A stretch of 64,000 nucleotides of DNA from assembly GCA_964187785.1 (NCBI GenBank), contig OZ076409.1, positions 70,062,001-70,126,000 on the forward strand, given 5' to 3'. Source of the DNA: Amphiscolops sp. MND2022 (taxonomy: Eukaryota). Both the position numbers and the translations under genes were made by a program. The notes beneath the pieces were generated by a model. The model was not told the origin of the DNA. It searched no databases and saw only the letters and a program-made list of their open reading frames with translations. Positions within the stretch are counted from its first letter, which is position 1; every line of letters starts with the position of its first letter. Of the stretch, positions 52,882-64,000 are shown piece by piece.

Positions 52882-53204
52882 CTATCCAAAACAGTAGCAG
52901 TTCCAGTCATGGTTAAAACAAGGTTGCAACTCTCCAAAGCCGACAAAAGAAGAGACACTTTATTGTTTGCTTTCAAGTCCGCAATTTTCTTTGCATCTTT
53001 GTGGGTCAAAAAATAGACTTTGTTGTACGATCCAGAGTGTCGCAATATGTTCAGCCATCGCTGAGAAGGGCTCTGGTCAGCAGCAGAAACCGTTCCCAGA
53101 ATGCCGAAATAGTTGCACGATGAGTCATCTGATGAAAGAAAATGGGCTTTTCCAACTTTGGCGAGAAGTTCGTAAGGAGTGCTTGGACATTCGGAGAGCT
53201 TCAT
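52882..53204 (-). CDS. Exon 1 of nested pyridoxamine 5'-phosphate oxidase (PNPO/PdxH)-like FMN-binding split-barrel gene
   Basis: ATG at 53204; MKLSECPSTPYELL...LGTVSAADQSPSQRWLNIL...VYFLTHKDAKKIADLKANNKVSLLL follows the PNPO N-terminal pattern (LAT...PSARMVLLK...FFTNYESRKG.EL..NP.ASL); donor AG|gtcagc, phase 2. Confidence 0.75.
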
Positions 53205-54570
53205 CTTTGACGATTCTTGGTTTAATGTTTGAAAATGACTCTTCAAGCAGAGAGAACTGAAGTGAACTTGGGTTTAATCAAAAATGATACAGGGAGATTG
53301 TTATTTACCGAATTTGAACGAGAGGAAACGCTGTGCCCGAACGAAGATAAAGATCGGAGTTCAAATCACAAATAGGTCAACATGTTCAAACCTTTAGTGA
53401 CAGGTCATGAACAAATAAGAACAAGCATGAATAAATATGGCACATACTAAGGGCTGTTTATTCACTTGTAACTACATGAAATTGGCGCCTTTTGGTTCTC
53501 AAAGAAACCATTATCAAATGTCAAACGGACCGAAATTGTTATAACATGAAGCTAATGGTATTTGCCAAACAAATGCTAAAGGAGTCCTCATTTGTTCAAA
53601 GAATTATTGTAATCTATAGTTGACCTGCAATCGTGCCTGGAAGGTCAATTTGAAGACGTGAAGATTCGATGCAAATTTGCTCCGAAATTTTAGTTCACAT
53701 GGGTTTATGTTAACACAAAAGTGTAATTTTCAAATTTAATCTCAGAAACTGCTAGTCTTTTTGACACGTGATGCTGGACCTGGGACATGTGGTTTGTCAA
53801 AAATATAAAGGTGCCGACAAATTAGATCTGTCATATTTTCCTTTTCAGTGGAAAGGCATTTTAAAACTCAAAAATTATGTTATTGCTTTCCGAAATTAGG
53901 AAAGTTAGAGTTAAATTTACAGATGAAAAATACTTCGAATGAAGGGATAGTACAGTCATTGGCAGGTCAAAATGAAATTTTCACTATTGTCATGAAAAAA
54001 TCTATTATAGTATATTTCTAAACTTTTAATGAGAGACAAACAATAATTCATTAATAACGTGTCTCGTACCGAAATCAATGATTGCAAGCTTCTAGGTACG
54101 AAAGAATATAGTGTTTCTATTACAGAATTTGTAATAACGTAACTTTTTTTCAGTATCTAACCAAAAATGATCCGAATTTTCAGATGAACCAACTCGCGAG
54201 TTTTCAGAATTTTCAACACGTACTCAATGTTGTTCATGCCCCGCGAGCGAAGTGACCCGTTGTGAAGTAGTGATAATTCCAGATTTTTCAGAGTCAACAT
54301 GAATAAACGAGAGGTAGTGCATGGAACATTAACTCGTTAAAACAGGAAGCCCATTTGCAGATATGCAGCATATATGCACCATTGACTCAAAATGATGCAA
54401 TACTGTCGATTTTCCTGGTTCCCTTCAATCCGACAATGACTCGATGGCGCAATCCCCATATACATTCTCGAATCATAAGTTTTTCTTCATTTGTTTTCAT
54501 CAGGGTTTTGACAACAAAGACTTTTGAGCACTTCGCGAAATTATTAGCTTCTATTTTCCGCGAAACTTGC

Positions 54571-54858
54571 TATTTTCCGCCCACATATAATGCGGGAGGA
54601 AAATCACAATCTTTGTTGCGTTTTTTTCCAAATTCTGTCAAATCTCCACAATCTCCATTCACTTCACTTGACTATTTCAGTTACTTGACTATTTTAGTTA
54701 TTTGTATATGTAACTCTCTGCTAGTCGCTATTTGAGGTACAATATCTCAGTTGGCAGTGCATCCGCCTATCAATCAGTAGGAGTGGGTTCGACTCTTGCC
54801 TCCGCCTAATTTGTTTTGACTGGGCGGGAAATATCCTGGTGTTTAGCGGGCGTCTTGT
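54571..54858 (+). mobile_element. Short HINE/DINE-like family B copy carrying a tRNA-like segment (~54740-54810)
   Basis: TATTTTCCGCCC start; ends GGGCGGGAAATA...GCGGGCGTCTTGT; A-box-like TATCTCAGTTGG and B-box GGTTCGACTC inside. Confidence 0.6.
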
Positions 54859-57274
54859 TGTGTAATGCATCGTTTATACGATAAGATTTACTCAATGCCT
54901 CTCAGATTTTTTTGCTTAATTCAGCCGTTTCAAACATGGGAAAATCTCATTTTGACTTGCAAAGTCAGTACTTTGTGACGGTAGATTTCGAATGAGTGTT
55001 TTTCCATATTGTTTATACCAGTTCGGTGCATCACATCAATTGCAGTCTCCCCCTTTGAATTTGTTGGACCCACCCTTGTAATTTTTGGATCTTTGGTGAT
55101 CTCGTTTTCAGCCCATGTGTCTGAATTTGAATTGTTCCTGAACCTCTCGATTCAATTTTTTTCTTGAATTTTTTATTCATCTATTCTGTCAGTGGGACTG
55201 TACAGTTTTGGGTTCATATCGGGTCAATCGATCTTGTGGTTGTGTCGTTTGGAAGCGTTTTGGCCTTCCAGGAGAGTGGGTTGTGTTGTTCGTGTTTCCG
55301 GTTATCGTTTCTATCTAACTTAAACTGTCGTTCAATTGAGGACAGTTTTTGTTTCGTTGTGAATAAATTCTTGACTGCGCCATGAAGTAATCACAGTTTA
55401 GGATATTTCTATGGAAAAAAGTAAGAATTAATTCTTTAACTATAGCTATTTGTTTTCTATGAAATATTGTCTATAGTGACATGATTGATACAGAGAGTAG
55501 CAACCGTAATATGTGGTTGTTTGTCAACAACTTAATTTTAGTTCATTGTTGCTCTCCAGTGATCAAACTTTTGTTTGAAATTATGCCCAAAAACGGTGTT
55601 TGCTTTTTAAAAAACAGTTCAATCCTTTCTTTCCCTCTTGCTAGCTAATTCCTTGTACTCAGTTCCTAATCATCATAATAATTAAATTATGATGATAACG
55701 TAGTGAATGAGAAGATCAGATCGTATTAGCGTATCTAGTTCCTTCTAAAATAGTGAAACATTCTCCAGGGCGGTTCCTTGCCAAGTCTTTAATCTTTTAA
55801 GGTATTTATTGACTAAATTTTCTGATTTTGCCGTCATAGCTCTAAGCGCTTGTTTTCGGTTCCTGGGGGTTTCTTCCCCGCTCCTTAAAAGCATTTTCCA
55901 AGATATCGCTTTTTCCTGTTTATCTTGATTTTACGTATTTTGAAACCGAACTCTAACAATAAACAGGGTCACGAGAATAACAGAAGTCAAAAAGAGAATC
56001 TAAACAATGGAAAAGGCAGGAGGTGAGCTCGATTACGATCAAGAAAATGTATGTTACTCAGAAAAGAATGTTACTTCACCTAAGCTTCTTATATTTACCT
56101 CGCTTTTCTTCGCAATCACAATGCGTATTTCCGTCACTAATTCACATGGTATTTCTCAAATTTACACTTGGAGAAAATAATTTGAATCAGTCAAAATGCG
56201 AAACCATTGTGTTAGACGAAAAGAACAATGTGCGTAAGAAATTTTCATGAAAAAGTGCCCCTTTTTACAGTGACTGGTTTTAAGTCAGTGATTTCTGAAA
56301 TACAAAAAAATGTGTCTGAATCTTACTGAGGCATGTTTTTTTGTTAGTGGTTACACGGAATGATCCACTTTTTTTGTCCAGTTTGTTCATCTTTATCAGG
56401 GACTTACAAGGCTAGAAAGTAGCAAAGGCTCCCTCGATTAAGATTTTTCGGCACTGTGCAATTTTTTCGAAAAAAATTCACCAAAAGGTTATGAGGTTTC
56501 GAGCACTATGCGCCTTTTTGAAGAATAATTTCTTTCATCAAATTGGTATTTTTGCATGATTTCAGTCCGAGAAAAGCATTTTTCGAGGCTACAGGGTGCC
56601 TCTTTAGAGAATTTTTTATCTGCTGAAGTCATGAGATTTTGCTTGAGGCCACTCTGAGCATATTGAGACTGTGCACTTTTTGAGCCTTTAGCGAGACGCC
56701 GACTTGAGATGTTGTTGTCTTGTTTTTTTGTCAGACCACAGTCCTCACACTGGAAGGACCACTTTTACATATTTTACGTCTCAGATCTGGAGAGTACTTT
56801 TAAAAAACTTTGCGCTATTTGATCCTTAACAGGGGCTCTGACTGGAGACGTTCCCGTCTTATTCAAATGTTCTTTGATGTTGCAGATCAAATATAGAAAA
56901 GAGAGAAAGTCTTGCATCCATATTGGCTTCATAAAACACTCGGGATCTTTAAATCCACCCTATAAGGTAGCATTGTCAAAATTTGCCTGCGAAGGTAGAT
57001 TCGAAAAATGAATGAGTGACTTTTGTAGCATGAGCTTGATTGAAAAAAATTCCCACGAAAAATCAAAAAATTAAAAAACTTGAGCTTAATGGAAAAAATC
57101 CCTCGAAAAATTGAAGAATTCAAGCCTCATGACTTGGCCTCGAATGGAAAACTTGAGCAGAGAAATGATAATCACTCAGACAAGTTCACGAAGACGAACC
57201 CTGCTGAAGGTTATAGATTAAAAATTACTTTATGCTGAGATTTCTGAAGTGTGAACTAAGTTGAGTTGACTTAC

Positions 57275-57361
57275 AGGATATAATGAAGAGAACTTCCAAA
57301 CTCTTCCATCTCACAGTGACGTCATCATCTTGCAGCAGTTTCTTCAGACTTGTCACTATTC
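57275..57361 (-). CDS. RSPH14: RSPH14 exon, (G)IVTSLKKLLQDDDVTVRWKSLEVLFIIS
   Basis: ttgcag| and |gtaagt; 87 nt, phase 1 to 1; joins in frame with both neighbouring exons; ARM-repeat pattern. Confidence 0.88.
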
Positions 57362-58531
57362 CTGCAACAAAAAATCAGAGAGCCTAATCAATACGGAAGA
57401 AATGTAATCGGAAGTTCGGTAATTTATAACTATCATTGAAATTTTTTGGCAAATTTTTCGCATGATTTTTTGGATCCGTTTATGATCTGTTAGTGTTCCC
57501 TTTTTTCGCATTTTAATTTGATTTTGATCTCACTATTTTAAGGTTATTTGAACTTACAACCATATCAGCCTTTAACTGATGACTGTACCATACAAGAGGT
57601 AGATTATAGGGCTCTTCCAGACTGTATACGTTGTTCAAAGAGAACAAAAATAAATTGAAACCTAAAACAGAGCCTCAACATATTCAAGCCTTTGATTTTT
57701 CCAGCGAACAAACTTTTCGCACTTCAATAGACATAACTTGGTGTCTACTTAAGGAGTTTTCTAGACAACATATTCCATGCTTCATAACTTCAACTCGAAA
57801 TACTAGCAAATGTTAAAACTTGATTCGCAGACACTCATTGACACAAAAATGCTCTGTAATCATAAATAACCTTTTCAAGAATGACAGGCTTGGAACAATG
57901 GTAAATAAAAACTTCACCCCCATCGAAAAGAGGCTTCAAATTATATTGCTTTTTCAGCATCTGCCTCAGAGGAGCATATACTTGATACCCCTAGATTACG
58001 TAACTTTCAGTGATCAGAATTGAGACTACGTGGACAAGTTGAAAAAAGGAAATGCGCCGAGAGGACTTGTCATTCCCAAGTAATGAGAACAGGTGACTAT
58101 ATTTGCCGATTTGTCCCCTTTTTCCTAATAATCAACAACCAATTTCTTTTCAAAGTTCAGTGAAGTGTGATTTTATTGGAAGATCATGACTGAAAATGGT
58201 TTTAAATATGCCACATTATGTTTTCTCGTTTCTTTTATTGCATTTTCATTTGATTCGATGAAATTTTGAATAGAACGCATAAACGTGACGTTAGTGAATC
58301 TGCCATATAAATGGACAAAGATTCATGTGTACATGGTGAATTAGATGGTAGATAGGTTCAATCAATAGGTTCACACTGAGGTTTCCATATTCACTTGCCA
58401 CATAAGGTATTTTGATAGCAGTGAATTTTTTATAGCAGAAGATGGATAGTTGTGATCAAACTGGATAACTGGTTTAGTTCAAACTCAAATTTACATAGGG
58501 ACTTGTTTGGTTGTTGCAATAACATTATTAT

Positions 58532-59000
58532 TAGGGCAACCAAAAAGGGCAAATGGGCAAAAGGGGCAAAAAAGGCAGAAAAAAGGGTTAGGGGCAAAAT
58601 CTTTAATAAAAGGCAAAAAGGGCGAAATTCATCGAATCTTGTTCTTTTTCGTATAGAATCAAGGGGACTTATTGAAAATTATCAGTGGAGAGAATGTTTG
58701 TAACCCGGCAATGTTTGCGCAAATAAGAACCTCTCTCGGATCGTCCGCAGACGTGGAGCGAACATTTAGCAAACTCAACAAGATGGTAGCCAAGGGCCGT
58801 AATTTTGATGTTACAAATATCGAGAATTGCATATGCATTTATTGTAACATTTCACTTTATTTAGCGAATTTGACTTTTTTGTTAAATCTTGATTTTCAAA
58901 CGCGTGCCGATAAAGGGCAAATAAATGGCAAATTTTAAAATAAAGGCGGCAAATAAAGGGCAAAATTTGAAAAATTAAAGGCCAAATTGCGGTTGCCCTA
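58532..59000 (+). mobile_element. Non-autonomous hAT deletion derivative
   Basis: TIR TAGGGCAACC/GGTTGCCCTA; 8-bp TSD ATTATTAT at 58524-58531 and 59001-59008; retains hATC fragment SSADVERTFSKL; AAAGGGC subterminal repeats. Confidence 0.9.
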
Positions 59001-59442
59001 ATTATTATGTAGTCGGCTCATTTGTACACCACATTTCCAAAGATTGCACTTCTCGGCAAACTTGAAAATTTAAATATTCTTTGAATAATTGTTTTGCAAC
59101 TCAGAATGTGACAATGATTGAATATCCACAGCAGCTTTTGTTACCAAGTAGGTTACTTCGTGTCCTTCTACTTACTTCATTCACACTTTTCTGTCGATTT
59201 TTTGACCTAAATCTTTTTGTTTTCCAGAGGTGCTGTTTTACCGCACTTTCTGTATTTCACGGAGAAGTGAATGGTATATTGTGCAGTACTTCATAACTAC
59301 ATATATTTGATGCCCATAAAAAGCGAACCCATATTGGTCTCAGATGTAAGCATGAGGAATTAACATGTGGCACATTGGTGTAAATAAATTCATATTGATT
59401 ATAAATGTACTACATGTATTGCATCTATTTGGTAACTCTTAC

Positions 59443-59548
59443 CACAATGAATGGCGTCCTTAATGTGTTCTGGGTCGTGTAGATAGTCACAGAGGGACAT
59501 CAATGCTCTCTGTCGAGTTATCAAATCTGCGTCATTTAACTCCGTGTC
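59443..59548 (-). CDS. RSPH14: RSPH14 (radial spoke head 14 / RTDR1) internal exon, DTELNDADLITRQRALMSLCDYLHDPEHIKDAIHC
   Basis: Flanked by tttcag| and |gtaaga; 106 nt, phase 0 to 1; resembles human RSPH14 [26 protein letters not shown] as recalled. Confidence 0.9.
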
Positions 59549-60090
59549 CTGAAAGGAAGCACCAGCTAATTCATTGATCATTCCCAATTCTACTCTTCCC
59601 AAAAAAACTGGTAATGTAAATTGACTTCAAAACAAAATTGAATTCATTCACAGCATTTCACAAGTGAATACTTTTACAAGGAAATAACTATTCGAAACCA
59701 GCAATGCGAGTTTGATTGGAATCGGTGGATTCATGATTACTTTCGCATTCTCAACCCAGCTTTTCTAATCAGTGGTTGGGAAGAATTTTGACAAGGAAAT
59801 GTTTTGCATGACTGAAACAATGGAGTGCAGTATATTTCATCAATTTGCTCGAGAAAAGTAAACGTGGGAATGGCAGTAAAATGTAATGAGAAAAGTTTGA
59901 CTGACATTATGAAAAAAGAATGCTCAAGAAATTATAAAGTCCATTGGTACACATTCAGTCAACGGTTGACTGAAAAGCATGGTGGCGGAGTATCAAATGA
60001 ATTTCAATGGGAAAGATGTCCAAAAAAATTTAATGGGAAGATAATATTAAAAAGACAGATCGTCTCAAGTTGCGGCCCACTCAAGGTTAA

Positions 60091-60492
60091 ACAAGCCGGG
60101 AACGGCCCAAGTCGGCGCCATATCTAAGGCTCAAAAACAGCAAAAGGACTTCAAAGTGTCAAAGTATTCTCTTCTAAAACTCCAAACAAATTGAAGGGAG
60201 AACCCTTTGGGGAAATTTTTTTTCGAAAAAAAAGTCTCACAGCGCCGAAAATACTCTAAGGCAGTACCCTTTGGTCCCTTTGAGTTTCTTAGATGATGTA
60301 AAAATACTACTTCGCAAGCTTTTGCGCCAGTATTTTAAATTTGCTAAGTAAGAATTGTAAGATTTTAAGATTGTAAGAATTGTAAGAAAAGTGGACCTTT
60401 CAGTGTGAGGATTGTAGTCTGAAGAAAAAAAGAAAAAAAGGTCACTGCCATAGACGGGCATTTTTCCTTAAAAGGAAAACGCGCCGACTAAA
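60091..60492 (-). mobile_element. HINE/DINE-like family A copy
   Basis: ACAAGCCGGGAACGGCCCAAGTCGGCGC...GCGCCGACTAAAAA. Confidence 0.7.
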
Positions 60493-60857
60493 AAGACGTA
60501 GTTATCATGGATCTCAGAGTGCCGTTATCCTCCTAAAAGATATGAAAAATAATCTTAGCAGAATCGGGTGACAAACCTCAAAAAAGACCATTTACATCAA
60601 CAAAAATTGGGACAATTTACATTAAGGATTAATGTTGACCGCTCAAAAAAACGAGTGAGTTGCATTGAATGCAGTAACACCCAGTGGGAAGTACATATAT
60701 CCCACCTTAGTATGTTTTCAAGGTTCTGGACGTCGGTTTTGTTTTGGACGAGGTTCTAACGTATTCAGTATGTTTTGGATATGCGTAGTTCAAGTTGAAC
60801 AAATGAACAAAGAAGTAGACCTATCAGTGTGATATATGTATGTAGTCTGGAGAAAAA

Positions 60858-61347
60858 ACAAGACGAGAACGTCTAAAGTCGGCGCTATATCTAAGGCTCA
60901 AAAAGCGCAAAACATTTTTTTTGGAAAAAAACTTGAAATTTTTGATTTTTTTTCTTTCGAAAAATGTCGCATAGTTCCGAAAAATGTAAAAGGGGGACCC
61001 TTTTGGATTTATTAACATACATTCTGTTGCAAAATTTCAAAATCTCGAAAGGGGACCCATTGAGGACATCGAAAAAATTTCGAAAAAAAGTCGCACAGTG
61101 CCGAAAAAATCCAAAGGGGGGACCCTTGGGCACGTCCGGCTTTGTAGGTTTCCTTGAGAAAGTAAAAAATGAAAGGGGACCCTTTGGACTAAGTTTGCCT
61201 TGGCCCCTTGGCCGGACTTGGCGCCTTAGGTGGTTTCAGGATTGTTTCTAAAAAGTGGACCGATCAGTGTGAGGATTGTAGTCTGAAGAAAAAAAGGTCA
61301 CTGCTATAGTCGGGCATTTTTCCTTAAAAGGATAAAGCGCCGACTAA
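60858..61347 (-). mobile_element. HINE/DINE-like family A copy
   Basis: ACAAGACGAGAACGTCTAAAGTCGGCGC...AGTCGGGCA..GCGCCGACTAAAAA; closely similar to 62937-63410. Confidence 0.72.
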
Positions 61348-62936
61348 AAACAAAGGGGTCGCTGTAAGAGTCGAGCATTATTTGCTTAACAAAAATGGCT
61401 GGAAAGTATGGAACAATCAAGATTTTTTCCCACGTTCTCCAAAAGTTAGGCCAGATATTGACTTGCCTAAAGTTGATTTTTTTCTTTTCGTTGACTTTGG
61501 ATTTCCGTGCCCCTCTGTTTTAGCAAAAACGAGCTGATCGTGAAATGAAAATTTTTCAAATATCTGATCTCAACTAAAAACACTGCCATTGCACTGAACG
61601 TTGATTATTACCTCCTCGGCTCATTCTTATGTAATTGCATTCTCGTCATTTCTTCTAGAACGATCTGGACCTTTTCGCATTTTGAGGCCGCCTTGTCGAA
61701 AATATGAATTGCGACATATGAATTGTGAGAATTTGGCAGATATTCCATGTCAATTACTGATGAAAAAATTTCAAATTTCAATATTAACAAACAATCATGC
61801 TACTGTTCCAATCCTTTCGAAATGGTTTGTTATCTGCTCTAAAGACTTTTTAAACTCCGAATTACTGATAACTGTTTCAATCAAAAAATGCGTTATATCG
61901 TAACAAGTTATGTTATTTTGGATTAATATGTCTTCTATTCAACTCATAGCTCTGTTAAGATCAAAGAGAAGTTCTGCGTTTTTACAAATGAGCAAGACTG
62001 ATGAACTAAAAAAATGTCAGCTAAAAGAAAATTTAGCTACACTAATTAAAAACCAAACTTCAAAGAACACAGTAATTGTCTATGATCAGCCAATAACGAG
62101 ATGGGCGGCAGTTTTGGGGCAAATATTGACGGCAAAACCAACTTGTCAGAGTTCGGGAGTGACTGCCTATTGTTAAATTAAATTTATCTCGAATATGTTT
62201 CAATCCCAATTTAATTGTTTTTTCTCACGCGGGAATATGAAATCAAAGGTTCTTCATAATGATTACCAAATTTATTTGTACGTTCATCATTAGTCAAAAA
62301 ATTGATAAAGCCAAAAAATCAACTTGGAGCTGAAAATGTATTTTAATAAACAGAGAAAAGTACGAGTGTTTCTAAATTTGAAATATTCAATGTAATCTAG
62401 AAAAATTCACGTTTGATCATAGACAAAATTAACAAAAGAAAATTATTTGAATTTCTCTCTACAGCATTTTGGAATCGACGAATAATTCTTGCTTTTTTAC
62501 AAGCTTCTTTGTGACACAAAAGTAGTTTATAAATAAACTATGGGATGTCAGTTCTAAATGGAGTTAGTACCATTAAAACTTTTCCTCAATTATACTCCAA
62601 TATTATTTGCGAAGCAATTAAGCTCCCAATTTATAAGTTTTTGTTTCCATACTTTTTCATTCACTTCGTTCATTAATATTTATTGATGACGTCCACAAGA
62701 CTATCATGAACATCTATGTATTTTTCCCAAATTTGCGACAAAAATTCAGGCAATATAAAAACAACAGTGTAACGAAAGGCATAGGAACTTCACCTGGAAA
62801 AAATGCTTGGCTTCGAGCAGTCAATTTTGTTTCGTAAACTTTCAGAACACTTCATGATTCAAGATCACATATTCATCGTTTCTCATGTTGGATCGAATAC
62901 TGTGAAAAGTAGAAATTAGTGTTTTTAATGGGAATG

Positions 62937-63466
62937 ACAAGACGAGAACGTCTAAAGTCGGCGCTATATCTAAGGCTCAAAACGCGCAATACATTTTTTT
63001 TTGGGAGAAAACTTGAAATTTTTGATTTTTTTCTCTCGAAAAATGTCGCATTGTGCCGAGAAATGTAAAAGGGGGGAACCTTTTGGATTTATTAACAAAC
63101 ATTCTGTTGCAAAATTTCAAAATCTCAAACGGGGACCCTTTGGGGACATTAAAAAATTTTCGAAAAAAAAAGTCGCACAGTGCCGAAAAAAATCCAAAGG
63201 GGGACCCTCAGGCACGTCCGGCTTTGTAGGTTTCCTTGAGAAAGTAAAAAATGAAAGGGGACCCTTTGGACTAAGTTTTCCTTGGCCTTAGATGGTTTCA
63301 GGATTGTTTCTAAAAAGTGAACCGATCAGTGTGAGGATTGTAGTCTGAAGAAAAAAAGGCCACTGCTATAGTCGGGCAATTTTACTTAAAAGGATAAAGC
63401 GCCGACTAAAAAAGGTCACTGCTATAGTCGTGCATTTTACGTTAAAAGGAAAACGCGCCTACTAAA
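62937..63466 (-). mobile_element. HINE/DINE-like family A copy with a duplicated terminus
   Basis: Same ends as 60858-61347; terminal ~58 bp repeated in tandem at 63353-63466. Confidence 0.72.
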
Positions 63467-63629
63467 AACACGCTGACTAAAAACACTTTGAAGTAAACCT
63501 CCAAACTATTGATATGATGAAATCAGGCCAGAACAAAATAAAACATAGTTAACCTACGACTTGTTACAATGTTTAGTAGAAGATTTAAGACAGTTTTAAA
63601 TAGTGGAATCCCTAGTTCGAAAGATATAG

Positions 63630-63830
63630 AAATCTTGCACTTATCTTTTAAGTTTCTTACAAAACATGGTATTCTTGCAAGTTTTTTGCAAGCTGATGCC
63701 AGTCTTGCAAGAGTCTTGCAAGACAATGTAAATCTTGCAAGTTGATAAATTGGAACGCTAGTCTTGCGAGAATCTTGCAAGACCATGATGCAAATCTTGC
63801 AAGATAATGAATCAAAACCTTGCAAGACAT
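63630..63830. repeat. Array of palindromic TCTTGCAAGA motifs, likely a MITE subterminal region
   Basis: About 10 copies of (TC)TTGCAAG(A). Confidence 0.7.
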
Positions 63831-64000
63831 CACAGTTATGATAACGTAGTCAACGGCTTCACCAATTGTCAACAATGATCATTTTTCACAGATTTTTGTC
63901 AGGGTTTTTGCTTGAACAAACGTACGCCTATAATCAATTTAGCCAGATTGTTGTCTAAGAAAGTCCTATTTAAAAACATTCTGAAAATGTCTGGAACCGC

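Noticed and set aside
52243..53204. Bacterial contaminant or insert as the source of the pdxH-like gene
   Set aside because: It is split by an apparent spliceosomal intron and lacks bacterial neighbours; ancient HGT cannot be judged without a phylogeny
61608..61790. Minus-strand ORF ending at a GT donor as candidate first RSPH14 exon
   Set aside because: No resemblance to the RSPH14 N-terminus (…YG.RALPKL)
60824..63291. Similar short ORFs in repeated copies (…KGGP.GTSGFVGFLEKVKNERGPFG…)
   Set aside because: Chance frames in the non-coding family A repeat; frames are not kept across older copies

Overview
AT-rich eukaryotic (animal-like) genomic DNA, not prokaryotic: most ORFs in the supplied track are antisense or shadow frames of transposons. 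Five phase-compatible GT-AG exons on the minus strand (59548-59443, 57361-57275, 13166-12955, 12463-12315, 8371-8255) encode the armadillo-repeat ciliary protein RSPH14/RTDR1. The first and last exons were not found and probably lie outside the window, so most or all of the window is intronic, including one 44.1-kb intron. That intron holds a same-strand nested two-exon gene for a highly divergent PNPO/PdxH-like FMN split-barrel protein (53204-52243). The rest is a dense transposon landscape: a decayed BEL/Pao element, a full-length Gypsy element with LTRs, PBS, PPT and TSD, a complete hAT element with a CGGBP1-like transposase, further hAT relics, 5'-truncated LINEs, nested MITEs, tRNA-derived sequences, and two abundant families with Helentron-associated (HINE/DINE-1-like) end structures, one carrying a ~175-190 bp internal satellite. 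A 1.84-kb TSD-flanked solo-LTR-like element carries an open ~300-codon ORF with 18-aa repeats that runs off its 3' end. All protein similarities are from recall, not database searches.
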